NCBI GenBank assembly: GCA_008632985.1
Contig: QPGO01000251.1
Coordinates: 1 to 64,000, forward strand
Length of the DNA stretch: 64,000 bases
Direction: 5' to 3'
Source of the DNA: Psammoneis japonica
Lineage: Eukaryota
The position numbers were made by a program, and so were the translations under genes. Every line of letters begins with the position of its first letter. Position 1 is the first letter of the stretch. Under the pieces are notes generated by a model. The model was not told where the DNA came from. It worked only from the letters and a program-made list of their open reading frames with translations, and did not search any database. This document shows, in pieces, positions 13,271 to 25,875 of the stretch.

Positions 13271-16200
13271 GCATTGGTGCATCTGGGGAGGCAGAGACTT
13301 GAGCTCATGTCACTCAGGAGTGGTTCTTCAAAACACAGGGACTCTGGAACTTCCACCCACAGTGACAAAACATTTGTGCCACACCATCAGAAGGTGTTGT
13401 CCCACAGCAAAGGATGCCATTGAAGCCACAGAGGTGAACATTGAAGGCATTGGCAAAGCAAGGGCCCACACCCCAGGCATCATTCTGGAAAACCTGTTTG
13501 CAATTGGGTCAAGTTTGCTCAAACATGTCAAGAGAGAGTCACATTTTGGGCATGGTGTGTTTCTTGATCAACACAGGAGGTGACAAACTGAATGATCCTC
13601 TGGCCTTGGTTTGCCAATGCAGCCATCATTTTACAGAGAGATGCCAATCACTTCAAGTCAACCATTTTGGAATGACATGCCAAGGCACAACACTGGTCAG
13701 GGATCCCATGTTGATCCATGCACAGTCTCCTTGATGAAAAAGAGGTGCTTGTGTTTAAAGACAACCCTGCCCTCAAGGAAGAGGAGCCAAGATGGGCTGT
13801 CAAAACTCAAAAAAACAAGTTGGCACCCAGGCTGCAAATTGTTGGAGCAAAATCTGCCAGCATTGCATGAAGGCATGCATTGAGCCAAGAATGTGCACTC
13901 TCAGAAGCCACAAGACAAAACTGCTGTTGAGAGACAAGCAATGTTGCAAGACTGGGTGCATGAAGTGCATGATCACACGGATTGGATGGAACTGTTCTCA
14001 CAGATGCCCATGTGCCAGCAGAGCAGATCCCAGCTCAGACTGAGTGGTTTTTAAAAAATGGAGTGGCAGTCTAAATGATGAGAACAGAGAACAAGTTCAT
14101 TTTCTGCCTGACAAAAGCAACACTGCAGCCACCTGTTCAGCCTGCCAATGGCCAGCATCAATCATTGACAAACCATTGTGCCATTCCTTTTGAGATTGTC
14201 AAGTTTTTTGCAGAACTCATTGTCAAATTTTCCAGTGTGGCCAGCTCCCTGTCTTCCATTGGAATGTGCCTTTTTCAAATCAGCAATCAAGATGCATTCT
14301 CCACCAAACAGCACAGTCTCTGATGAGTGCCACCTTTCACCCTGACAACTTGTCCAGTGTCACTTTCATTGGTGGAAATGACTTCAAAGAAGGCTTCTTT
14401 AGAGACAAAAAGGTTTTGATCAACATGAGCTGTGTCAACAAAGTGATGATCCAAGCTGCAGATTTGGTTTTTGTCACCACGGCCGCTGACAATTTCTCCT
14501 GATTGGTTTGTGAAGGGGCAGCACAAATGTTTTTCATTGCACTCTCTCTGCTGTTTCATTGTCTGTCTTCAATGGATCACATGGAAGCATGGGAAGCATC
14601 CAAGATTTCATCATCTTTGTGTTCTAGATGCATGAAGCAGAAAGGCAAGTGTCCAGTTGTCACCATGAACCCCGCCAGATGGTCAGCACCCAAGTCTTTG
14701 AAGTTTGGGACAGTGAGTGCCACTTCTGAAATGACAGTGCAACACTCTCCCACCCCAGCTCTGTGAGAGCATCCTGCTGTGTCGTCAGATTCTTGGCTGC
14801 ATGGAATGACATCGCACGTGTGGGAACACTCATTGTGCCATTCCTTGCAGGTTGGGAGGACAAACAAGTGGTCCCAGGCATGACGCTCCAGGGGCAGGTT
14901 CCTGTTCTCACACAGAAGCTCAGAGTTGATTTTCACAATGGCCAAGTGCACCAAGCAACTGAGGCAAAAATCCTGAGGTGGCAGGGGTTCAAATTGTGGT
15001 GCTGCTGCAACACTGTGCTGTGCACGCAGCAACAAAATGGCATGGCTGGGAAAATGCACTAACTCCCAAAGCATGGAACAGCAAGATGGTTGAAAGGAAA
15101 AAGAGGGAGTGCATTTGCATCAACTCATCCAAGGCACTGATGTTGATGTCAGAAGATGCCCAAATTTGTCAAGGTTGCACTTCATCTTCAATGCTTTGAA
15201 CAGAGTGATGCAGTTGTGAACCATTGCACTGCTTCTCACATGATCCAAACCAATGGATTTGCAAGAATCTGGCAAAGAGTTGCAAACTGACGAGACAGTG
15301 TTCACACAAGGTGAGTGAATGCTTTCACCAACACCTGTTCATCATGTTCATTTTGCATGTGTTCCACAACTGCTGTCCATTGAGGCACTCCCACATCACT
15401 GACAGTCTCTCAAGAAAGAGCGACAACATTTTTCTTGGTTTTCTTGAGGCCATTGTGTTTGTTAAAGTGACAGTCAAGGGGATTGGAAAGGTTGGTGCTG
15501 GCCACATGCATCAACAGAATGCATCAGCCAGGAGCCATTTTGTTGGTTGCCTTTCTCAGTGTGGATGTTGGTTGGGTTGTTGTGACAAAACAATGCTTCT
15601 CCTGGAGAAAACCAAGGGACATCTTCCACTCCTTGCTTGGTGCAGTTAGATGAGTGCAGAAAGCACCACGAGATTGCACACTGGGCAGACATGGCCAATG
15701 GACACAACACACCAGAAGTGCTGCCATGGTCCTTGCACATGCCCAGCAACTGTTGCCAGCAGAGGAGGAAGAATCACAGATGTCAAAATTTGCTGGCTTT
15801 CTCAGATGCAGCCTTAAAATCCAATTGGCCAAGGATGGGTTGGCCTTCATTGACAACATGAGGGCTGGCTTTGTGGTGATTTTTATTTGGACAATGCACA
15901 TCAAACAAGATGCTGTTTTTACAACAAAAGTGTCAACAACAGCCTTGCAAATGTGTCTGAATGCACCATCATGCAATGAAAATGCTTCCGTCAACACAAA
16001 TGGATGCCCGACCCCAGTCAAGATCAGGCAGCACAAAATGAATGTAAGCAATCTGCATCCAGCACTTGTGGCTGGCCCAACCAAGTGTGCAAAGTGAGGA
16101 GATGCTCTTCCGGTGTGACTCTTTGGGGTCTTTGTGCACCATCCCAACATTCTTGAGTCCTCTCATCCATTGGGTGGTGCCAACTGGGGGGTGGTTGATG

Positions 16201-16644
16201 ATGCCACAGGAACCACACCAATGGGAGATTGGGTGGCACAGCTGGGATGTTTGGGGCCTTGCACAACTGGGCCATTCATGACAGGATCCATTGCAGGCAA
16301 ACCAATTGATGAGTCACGGTGGAGCAAGAGAAGGAGGGAGTGGGTGCTTGAGGAAGCACTGCCTGGACAGTGACGGATTTGCTGGGGGCAGGGTGCAGAC
16401 ACCAACACTCCTTCAAAGGCTGTGGCAGTGGGAGGCAAGAAACGTGCAGTCGAGATTGCAGGGAAAAGATGAGGTGAGTGCAGTGGATCCATCACCAAAA
16501 AGAAGGGGAGATGTGGGATGAACCACAACAAAGCAAGCAAAGTGGTCCATGGAGAAAATGTGCCGCAGATGTCAAAACCATCTCCAAAACCATGGCAATG
16601 ATGCATCACGGCAGTTGTCCACACAAACAATGGGAAATCCAACA

Positions 16645-16955
16645 ACAACAGCTGTGCCCCCAGCAAGGGTGGGAGTCATGGGATGAACGCTGGCAGCACA
16701 CTCTCTGCTGGCTTGCAAGCCCAAAAAGTGGCATCTGGCGGCTGTTCCCCCAAAGCAAGGAGTGAGAGGGTGGGGCACACCGCAACACAATCATTGAAGG
16801 GCATGTCCACTGACATCACTGTGCCCCCTGTGGAAAAGGGGGGCATGGGATGAACCCTGGCAGCAATGTCAGAAAACCCTCAAAAAGCAAAGAAAACCCA
16901 GCTGTGCCCTTTGCAAACATGGGGGGCATGGGATGAACCCTGGCAGCACACTGGT
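16645..16955 (+). repeat. Three dispersed copies of a ~50-bp motif CTGTGCCC..GGGGCATGGGATGAACCCTGGCAGCA
   Basis: Copies start near 16649, 16817 and 16899. A partial GGGATGAACC occurs at ~16515. Confidence 0.75.
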
Positions 16956-18562
16956 GGACGTCTCCAGTGCCAACCCCATGAGGCAGCACTGCAAAACCTC
17001 CACAACAAGATGAAGTGGTTTTCCACATGGAGGCTTTGCAGCCACGTCCTTTGCTGCTTTCTGCCACTGCTTCTTTGATGGATGAGAGCGGCGGCATCCC
17101 CTGAACTCCTTTGAATGGCCGGCAGGGGACAAACAGTGAACCATGGCACAGCTGGTGTGTGGAGATATGTTGCTGTGGTCACAAAATGAAGCTGCAATCA
17201 AGCCAAAAAGCAAAAAGTTGCAAAAAAATGTTGTCATGCAGATCCAACTGAACAAAATGAAAATTTGAGAACAACCAAACTTCCACGCTGAGCAGGACAT
17301 TGACACGATTGGACGAGATGCAGGTTGAAATTTTTGTCATGGTTGGAAAACAGCACTGCCATTTAAAAACAAAGAGGAGGCAATTTGCCAAAAAAAACAG
17401 CATCAACCAAAAAGAGCTTGTGTTTTGTGCAGTGCATCCGTGTGGAGAACACGTGGGGAGGATGTCTGCTGGGAGAATTTAGAACAATGTGTCTGTTTCC
17501 TGCAGAGCTGGACAAATTGAAAATCAAGGAAGTGTCAATTGGAAATCAACAGGCTGCAGGATTGATGCAGACACCATGGGAGTCAGGCAGGGTTGTGTGA
17601 GAAAAATGTGTGTGTGTGTGTCGCATCAAATGAGGGTCGCCCCCTGTTCAATGCGAGACCTGCATCAACCCCAACTCTGATTGGAGAGAAAGAAGGGCTT
17701 GTGGGACATGTCATTTGCACAACATCCTGACACACACAAAAGCTGGGTGAGTGGCTGTGGGGCTCTTCTTTCTTCAACAACTGCCCCCATGCTCTGTGCA
17801 CTGCACAGTGCAAAGCAAAAGCTCTGGGAGCAAAGTGCCCGGCATTTTGTCCCAGGTGTTTTTGTTGGTGCTGCACAGGGCATTGTGGAATTCAACAAGA
17901 TGCCTGGCCTCCTCTGTTGGAACAAAAAGTGTGACAAAAAATCTTCTGTGACTGGGCCACGCTTTTTTGAGCAGCTGGTGCACTTTTTTTTGTCAGAGAG
18001 AGGTCTCTCTTGTGGAGTGTGGGGTGCTGATTGGTGGCTCAGTGATGATGGGGGGTCTCAATGGGGCAGAAGTTGATGAGGCACAGTGCGTCAAAGATGG
18101 CCCTGTGAATGAAGGACTGCAGTTTGTGTGAGACCTCGGCGGGCAAGCTCTCCATCTTTGTTAGTTCATCAGTGGCTGGGGAAACCACCGGCAGCCCACC
18201 GCACCTGGAAAAAGAGGTTTACGTCGCTGCATGCAGAATTTGTCAATCGAACTGTTCGTCTCGTGCGTGTGTGCCTCAGCGTCATTGCGTCGAGCAACCC
18301 TGTCCACAACGCACAGACATACAGCGGCAAGCGGCAACGTATCATCCGTCGATCGATCGCACCCTGCCCAAGCTTTCTTTCATTTTTTCGCATTCTTCTA
18401 TGTTCACCTCTCGGACATCACGGAAACTGTAGCTTCGCATCATTTCACCGAGGGACACGAGCGCTTTGGGTCATGCGCATAATCTTTAACTTTACTCATA
18501 TTCGCTGTTTCCTTTTCGCACTTCACGTTCTTGAATTCTTTTGTGAAGGCTTCACGTTAAGA

Positions 18563-21500
18563 ATGGGTGAGTGTGAGATAGTTGGTACTTGCGTTGGATG
18601 ATGTCGTCGTATTCCGATGGGAATGGCGAAAAACCTTACCAGCAGTGTCCTTGTTCTTTCAGGTCTTCTGAAAGTCGGTGTACCTCAAACATGGGACAAG
18701 TCGAAAAACAATCTGAACTATGTTAGAAAGGCAGGTGTTCGTCAGTTTGTCTCTACGTACAACAGGGTGAAAGATCTAAAGGGAGACGAGCTACTGTGGG
18801 GAGATGAGATCGAGTACGGGATATTTTGCCTCGACGAGCAGAATAAGAAGATTAGGCTCAGTCTTCGCGCGAAGGAGGTAAGCGTCATTTCTCTTGGCCG
18901 CATCTGTTCACAACGAACGTGTAGTGGCTGAGCTTTCATGTCCTGGACTACGATGATAAACAATGAACAGGTGATGGACGAGCTCAATCGCAAGGAAAGT
19001 CTGAACGCGGAGGCTGTCGAGGGTTGCAATTGGGTCCCAGAGTACGGATCATGGATGGTTGAAGCAACACCAAGTCGTCCATACACAGGGTACACAACGG
19101 ATCTTTTACGTGTGGAGAGAAACATGCGCTTGAGGCGAAAACGAATGCTGACAGTCCTGAGGGAAGATGAGATTGCGCCAACTGTTGCTGCTTTTCCTAT
19201 GTTAGGTGCAATGGGTAATGATGGAACGGTCCCAGCTAGTACGATTGGTGGGCCTCGGACAGAAAGCGAGTACATCGGCGATGCTGTCATTAACCCTCAT
19301 CCTCGTTTCGGAACTCTGACGGCTAACATCAGACAGCGTCGCGGAGAAAAAGTCAACATTCGAGTCCCCCTCTTTCGCGATACAAATACACCTGAATACG
19401 AAGAGTATGAATCGCCCGCTGGCGAAGGCGATGGTTGTTGTGGTGGCGATTCTCAACAGGTAAGGCAGTCGCCACAGAGCAAATATCTGTGACATTGGTG
19501 ACTTTTGCACACTGAGGTTCATTGACACCTTTTTCCTCGTGACAGCTCTGGCGCTATGGTAAAGGAGATGGATCTCGCGAAAAGTATGGAAATGACGAAG
19601 TCGTTGTTGGCTGTTCCAAGTCTTCCAAAGACGAGGAATTTCAGGACCAAGGCGGAGATCCAATAACTCTTCAAAAGTGGCTCGTGGATGTTCGATGCGA
19701 AGGTTGCCGCGGACTGTTCTACCGTAGCTCGCCGGGAGTTATCGTCCCAGATGCGGACTGGCCAAGAAACGGGGGTAAGAATGTTTGAACTTGTTGATTT
19801 GCCTGCATTTTAAATATACTGGCGTGACGTCGTACTGTTGACTCACTCAAGCGCCCACCTTGTTTCGAAGAAATCGTAATTGGACACGAGATATCTGACG
19901 TTCCAGGTATGTCACACTAAATGCAAGTTGGCTCATATTCTGGCATTTCATTCGTTTTATATAATCCGGAATTTTTGTTTATCGTAGGTTGGATTAGACT
20001 GCAGAACGGTTATTATCTGCCCATGTGTAGTGATGATGGGTCAGATGTAAAGTTCTTGCACAAAGTATCGACGAGGTCTGAATCTTCGAAGTCCGAGAAA
20101 ATGACTGTTGGTTCCGGCACACCTCTCTTCCGTGGTGGTGCGGTAGCTGCTGACTCACTCGCTGATGGCGCCGCTTTCGCTGACCTCGTGGAAGGAAAGC
20201 TCGCACTTGCGTCTCCTCCGGTCCGAAGTGCCAGCACGTCCACGGCGCAATCTACCGAGGAAGAGGCGGAAGAAAACGTCCGAGCTGCAATCCATATGGA
20301 TGCAATGGCATTTGGGATGGGCTGCTGCTGTCTTCAGATAACCTTCCAGGCAAAAGACATTGACGAAAGCCGTTTCATTTACGATCAGCTCGCGGTCCTT
20401 GCTCCCATAATGATGGCTTTGACAGCCTCAACACCAGTGCTTCGTGGTCGCCTTGCCGACACAGACTGTCGATGGGGCATCATTAGTGAGAGTGTAGACG
20501 ACAGAACTCTCGCAGAACGTGGTCGACCAGATCCATCCGCTCCACAAGAAGAGCTTGCGGGGAAAGGCCAACGGAGGCTGTACAAGAGCCGTTATGATTG
20601 CATTAGCACTTATATTTACCAAGGGGCGTTCTACCCCGACGACGAGAAGGCTGTGAACGGTGTAGACTCGACGCGGATGGCAAATCGTGTCTTGAACCTC
20701 TACAATGATATCCCAGTCCCGATTGATGAAGAGAGCTACCAACTTCTTCGAGATTCTGGTGTCGATCCGGCACTGTCCAGCATATTGCTCACTTATTCGT
20801 CCGAGACCCTCTTGTTATTTTTGAAGGCGCAGTAGAAGAAGTAGATGATGATACACAGACGGAACATTTCGAAAGTATCCAGAGTACGAATTGGTGAGTC
20901 CAATGTTACGTTGTATCTTTGGTAGTGGCATATCTTGAGCGCAGGTGTGTTCCTCACAAACAGTGTTCTTCCGCTTTGTAGGCAAACGGTGCGCTGGAAG
21001 CCACCTCCTCCTAGAAACGATCCGAATGACCCACACATTGGGTGGCGCACGGAATTTCGAAGCATGGAGATGCAGCTAACGGACTTTGAAAACGCCGCGT
21101 TCACTGTTTTTATCGTCCTACTCACCCGGGTCATTTTAACGTTCGATCTGAATCTGTACATTCCGTTGAGCCGTGTCGATGCAAACATGCAGCGAGCACA
21201 TAGCAGAAATGCCGCGGCGAAAGGAAAGTTCTTTTTCCGTCGGCACATGGCGCCCCTTGAAGAAGGAGACGACGGCTTTGGAAATGAGTACAAGTCTATG
21301 TTTACGATGGCCGCCAACAACGAGAGCAGCACACGGAGCCAGTCAGATAGCGACCCGATTGACGACGAAGTTTTCGAGAATGGGGTGAGTCGAAAAAGGC
21401 GAGTCGCTCCATGCGCTCCTGGTAGCGACGAGGAAAACTCATACGAAGAGATGACAATCGCAGAGATTATGACGGGAAAAGGTGACTATTTCCCAGGACT

Positions 21501-22005
21501 CATTCCGTTGGTGCTGGCGTACGTTGACTTTATCAATTGTGACTCGATCACTCTTGAGCGTATCACCAAGTACCTGGAGTTCATCGAAAAGAGAGCTACA
21601 GGGGAACTGGTGACGCCTGCGACGTGGATTCGTAATTTCGTTCGGAGCCACGAGGCCTACAAGGGCGACTCGGTAGTGTCGGACGAGATTGCGTAAGTTT
21701 CTTCGAAACTATTTTGTTTGAGTTTATGACTCGACACCCAACTAACTGAGCTTTGTGTTTGATCCTTAATCACTGTTTATTGCAGTTATGACCTCATGGT
21801 TGCATGCAAGGATATTGGTGAAGGCAAACTTCACATCCCCGAATTGTTGGGTGACGTGAAAATCAAGCCAATCACAACAGAAGGAGCATATGGCATCAAG
21901 CTCGACTCCAAGACTGTTCGCAATGAGAAGTTGCTGGAATTGCTCCAGCGCTACTCACACCGCAAGTCTTTTTCAAAGTCGAATGCACCGAATGTATCTA
22001 TTTAG
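18563..22005 (+). CDS. GCLC: Glutamate-cysteine ligase catalytic subunit (gamma-glutamylcysteine synthetase), multi-exon
   Basis: A 4-nt first exon ATGG plus intron 18567-18662 gives MGLLKVG. Motifs [77 protein letters not shown]. One 1-bp frameshift at ~20778. Confidence 0.95.
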
Positions 22006-22064
22006 ACAATGTAACATTATCTTAAAAATTAAAAGAAAACTGCATGTTGTGAGAGTCGGCGACC

Positions 22065-23279
22065 TTACGTGGACGTTTTAGTCATGGGCAAAACTGGTGT
22101 ACGTCGTTTACGACGAGGCGGTTGCGAATACATCACAGTTGCCAAGACCACGAGCGAAGCGCCAAAAGTAAAGGTGGCGTTTGCATGGAAGTCGAACAAA
22201 ATAGCAGATATGATGCAGGACACCACTATGCTGAACGAGGTCGCAAACACTTTAAGAATGTTGTCGGCGTACTTGACCACGACGGCAACAATCAAACCTC
22301 CGGCAGCCTGCAGCGTAACGACAGTCCACACACTTGTTGTGTAGCCTCCAAAAAAGCCTTGCTCTGCAACAGCCGCTGCATCGTTGACTTGAACCGTGAT
22401 GTACGCGATAATCACTGAAGGCAGACCCATTTGAACGTTTCGGATCCACAAAGAAGTTTTGCTCCCCTTGAGGATTTTCTCAAAGTAGACACCAGAGAAA
22501 CCAGAGGTGCATGCTGCGCAAAGAACAGCAACGAGTCCCACCAGCCTGTTGTTTGTATCTTTGGCGCTATGTGCGTGTTGGTCGCCACTGCCCGAAACTT
22601 GAACAATCGCGACACCAATCGTTAACATGATCAGCGACATCCATTTGACGCGAGAAAACTTCCGATTGAGCAGCACAGCACTAAACAGTGCGGTCGTAAG
22701 AATCTTGAGCTGGTAGCACACCTGATAAGTAGCAGCGTCAAGATTCGTCAAAGCGAGATACAGCAAGTTGTTCTGCACAGTGTAGAGAAACGACGGCAAG
22801 CAGAGCTTGATCATTTCGTCCGGCGATTTCCATACGTGCAAGTAGAGCTCTTGTAGGAGAGCGCCATTCGACTGGTATGCAATCACACCGCAACAAATGA
22901 GGAATTTCATTACTTCCATGACAAACACAGCGGTCGACGCGAGATAGAGCGGCTGGTCAGGCGGGCGATGGGTTCGCGTGTACCGCATCAACAAGACCAA
23001 TCCGACCATCTGGGCGACCAGCAGAAAAACAGCTAACTTCTTGATAATTTGAGAGTCAGTGGCCTCTTTTTGTGCAGGCCTGCGTTTCCGAACCTTCCTC
23101 TTCATCAACAAGTCTGAGCTAGAACCCGACGTACGGGTCACGCTGCTTCGTTTCTTTGTTGCTCCGTTGGAAGCTGCCGCGGAGGAGGACGGGATTTCGG
23201 AATCCACGCTCACACCTTCGTTCACCAACTTCGCCGTTTCTCCATCTCCGTCCGTAGAGTTAGCGTCTGGGTCGTCCAT
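22065..23279 (-). CDS. Nucleotide-sugar transporter, SLC35A (UDP-Gal/UDP-GlcNAc/CMP-Sia) family
   Basis: PSFLYTVQNNLLYLAL, YQLKILTTALF, GFSGVYFEKILK, VVKYADNILK; multiple TM helices. Confidence 0.93.
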   Translation of the reverse strand: MDDPDANSTDGDGETAKLVNEGVSVDSEIPSSSAAASNGATKKRSSVTRTSGSSSDLLMKRKVRKRRPAQKEATDSQIIKKLAVFLLVAQMVGLVLLMRYTRTHRPPDQPLYLASTAVFVMEVMKFLICCGVIAYQSNGALLQELYLHVWKSPDEMIKLCLPSFLYTVQNNLLYLALTNLDAATYQVCYQLKILTTALFSAVLLNRKFSRVKWMSLIMLTIGVAIVQVSGSGDQHAHSAKDTNNRLVGLVAVLCAACTSGFSGVYFEKILKGSKTSLWIRNVQMGLPSVIIAYITVQVNDAAAVAEQGFFGGYTTSVWTVVTLQAAGGLIVAVVVKYADNILKVFATSFSIVVSCIISAILFDFHANATFTFGASLVVLATVMYSQPPRRKRRTPVLPMTKTST

Positions 23280-23599
23280 TGTGCTTGATGTCGACAAATG
23301 ACGATATGGGTCGCGGTCATTGCCTCACTTTGCTTGTGCCGTTGAACGATCAACTCGAACTTTCTCTTGAATACCTCGATTACTCAGTTTTTCAGTTACA
23401 CAATTCTACATACGTGTTCTCAACGGGCTTCTTTCATACTTTGGAGTCATAGTAGCAGGTTCTACTTACGTAATTCGTAGTACTAAACTCTGTAGCCTCC
23501 GTCTTGGCGGCAGTTTTTTCATTTCAAAATTACCGTAGGACAGACAAACTTCGTCTAATTATCGTGTCTTCTTTACAGTACAGATCCCTCCGAACAAAG

Positions 23600-25276
23600 C
23601 TATCTAGCAAATTCAATTGCTCTCTCTTTCTTTATCATGTGTTCCAGATAAAATTCCCCGGCCTTGTAGCTGGATCTGACCATCGGTCCGCTCGCCACGT
23701 ATTTGAAGCCCATTTCCTCTCCCTTTTCTCGAAAGAAATCAAATTTCTCAGGTTTGACATACTCTACTACTGCCAGATGATTCTCGGTCGGCCGCAGATA
23801 CTGTCCAAAAGTGACGACATCGACGTCAATCTCACGAAGATCCTAGAGCGATTATCATTACACGGGGATTCACAAGATAATGCAATTGCATCAGCTTCGT
23901 ACGACAATGGTCGCTTTGATTCAACGCCCGCCAAACGTACCTTCATTGTTTGAAGCACCTCTTCATCTGTCTCGCCAAGACCAAGCATCAAGCTGGTTTT
24001 CGTGTACAGGCCAGGGACAGCCTTTTTTGCGTGCTCCAACGTCGACAAGCTCTGCTTGTAACCAGCTCGTGGATCACGGACGAACTAGATAAGTGCGAAA
24101 GGAAACGAACTACCATTAAATTTCCCTCCACAAAACATCACGATTATCGTCAGCATGCAAAAGTGCAGTTGTAGTACCTACCTTCTGAAGCCGTTCGACA
24201 GTTTCGACATTGTGGGCGTACACATCCAAACCAGATTTGGCCAGTGTCTCCACAGAGTCCAGATTTCCCTGGAAGTCCGATACGAGACATTCCACCAGCA
24301 GTTCCGGTTTCTTGTGTTTCAGCAGTTCAACTGTATTAGCAAAATGCGACGCTCCACCATCGGGGATATCATCTCGATCAACAGAAGTCAGCACAATGTA
24401 GTCAACCCCCCACTGTGTAACAGCTTCCGCCGTCTGATTCACCGACATCATGTTAGAAGACGTTATCTAACGCATCATCTCTATGACATCATCGCAAATG
24501 GACCTACCTTGAATGGTTCAAACGGATCGGGTGGCGGCGGAGTGGAAGCAGTATTGACGGCACAGAACATGCAACCACGCGTACAAGTGTCGCCAAGGAG
24601 CATGATAGTTCCGGTTCCTCCGCTCCAACATTCCCCGATATTCGGACACTGAGCTTCCTCGCAAACGGTATGCAAATTCAGATCAGCGAGTGATTCTTTG
24701 ACTTCCACGTACCGGGAATCCTTTCCTGAAGACAAGAAACAGTTGACAGAAGAATGAAAAAAGTTCAGCGAATGCGCCTACACTGAAAAGCGGAAGCGTG
24801 AACGGACTAGTCCACAATGATTTGGCTTACCTTGAGAGGGTGCAGGTACTCGAAACCAATCTGGACGACCATCTGGCATCGCTGCTCCAACCTAAAATTA
24901 TCCGTAGTCAGAACTTTTAGAAAGGATAGTACTAAAACGACCAACGACAGTAGAAATGATGGCAAGATGCACTCACCTTGGGCCGGACCAAGCCTTCCTC
25001 ATATTCTTCAGAATCACTTTTCGGCATGGGAAGGCCACCACCACCCGTGGATCCGTCACCTCTCGAAATGGCTTTCAGTTGCATATGTCTACCAAAAGCG
25101 GTTTCGTCGGAGGGTATTCCAGTGACGGTTCTCCGCGGTGTGATCACAGAATCTCTTCCTGAAGCAACGTGAGAAAAAGTAAACCCATCTGAAAGAAAAA
25201 GTACTTCAGGGGAAACGATTGATAGCAGCAGAAGACCCTGCACGTAACCAGACATCGTCCTGACAAGTTGCGCCAT
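23600..25276 (-). CDS. lipA: Lipoyl synthase (radical SAM), probably plastid-targeted, multi-exon
   Basis: [65 protein letters not shown]-terminal hydrophobic segment followed by DG-F. Confidence 0.93.
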
Positions 25277-25519
25277 TGCTACAGATTACGATGCCCTCTT
25301 TCTTATCTCGACAAAAAGAAAGAAAATGACAAGCGTGATGTCGAAAGTTGGTGCGTAGTGGCCAGAAACCAGGAAACGGGACGTGTTGGCTGACGTATCG
25401 GACGTCTCACAGGAAAAGCCTATTTCGTTCAGGCGAGCGAACTAACTATTGCTCGATTCATTCATATCATTCGACATTCGATCGATCGCTTCTGCATTCC
25501 AATGCAGGAGGTTACCGAG

Positions 25520-25605
25520 GCTACTCTCTACTCTCTACTCTCTCTCTCTAGCTAGAGAGTAGAGACTACTAGAGAGTAACTACTAAAGCTACTAGCTAGA
25601 GCCAT
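25520..25605. repeat. CTAG/CTCT low-complexity tract containing the palindrome CTCTCTAGCTAGAGAG
   Basis: Read directly from the sequence. Similar tracts at ~51865-51930 and ~55349-55362. Confidence 0.6.
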
Positions 25606-25875
25606 GCTTGGACCTTAGCCAATGCGGTTTAGATTTCGTGCCTGAGGTATCTACTGCTTTCACTGGACAACGCATTGCATAGCACTAATTCCGTCACACG
25701 AGGTGCTGCAGTCTGATACCGGTACGGCAGGAATGAATTGAAAAATGTTTAATGCGTCGTCAAATTTTTCAAATTTTTAACCGAATTGAGGTTACAATGC
25801 AAAGCGACCTTGCTTTTACGACTCCTTCACTCGCACGTGGATACCACTTAACGAGAATGCGGTACATACATCTCC

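Larger units (their letters stand above)
7620..18150. mobile_element. Block A: decayed nested repeat/transposon DNA, TpA- and CpG-depleted
   Basis: Only about three dozen TpA by eye in ~10.5 kb, few CpG, and TG/CA excess. Dense short Cys/His-rich, nearly Tyr-free ORFs in all six frames, internal repeats, no intact gene. Confidence 0.75.

Noticed and set aside
7620..18150. Many overlapping Cys/His-rich ORFs in all six frames (also in blocks B-D), suggesting novel small proteins or an alternative genetic code
   Set aside because: Without TpA there are no TAA/TAG stops and no Tyr codons, so ORFs lengthen by chance and gain Cys/His/Gln/Trp. Flanking genes use the standard code.
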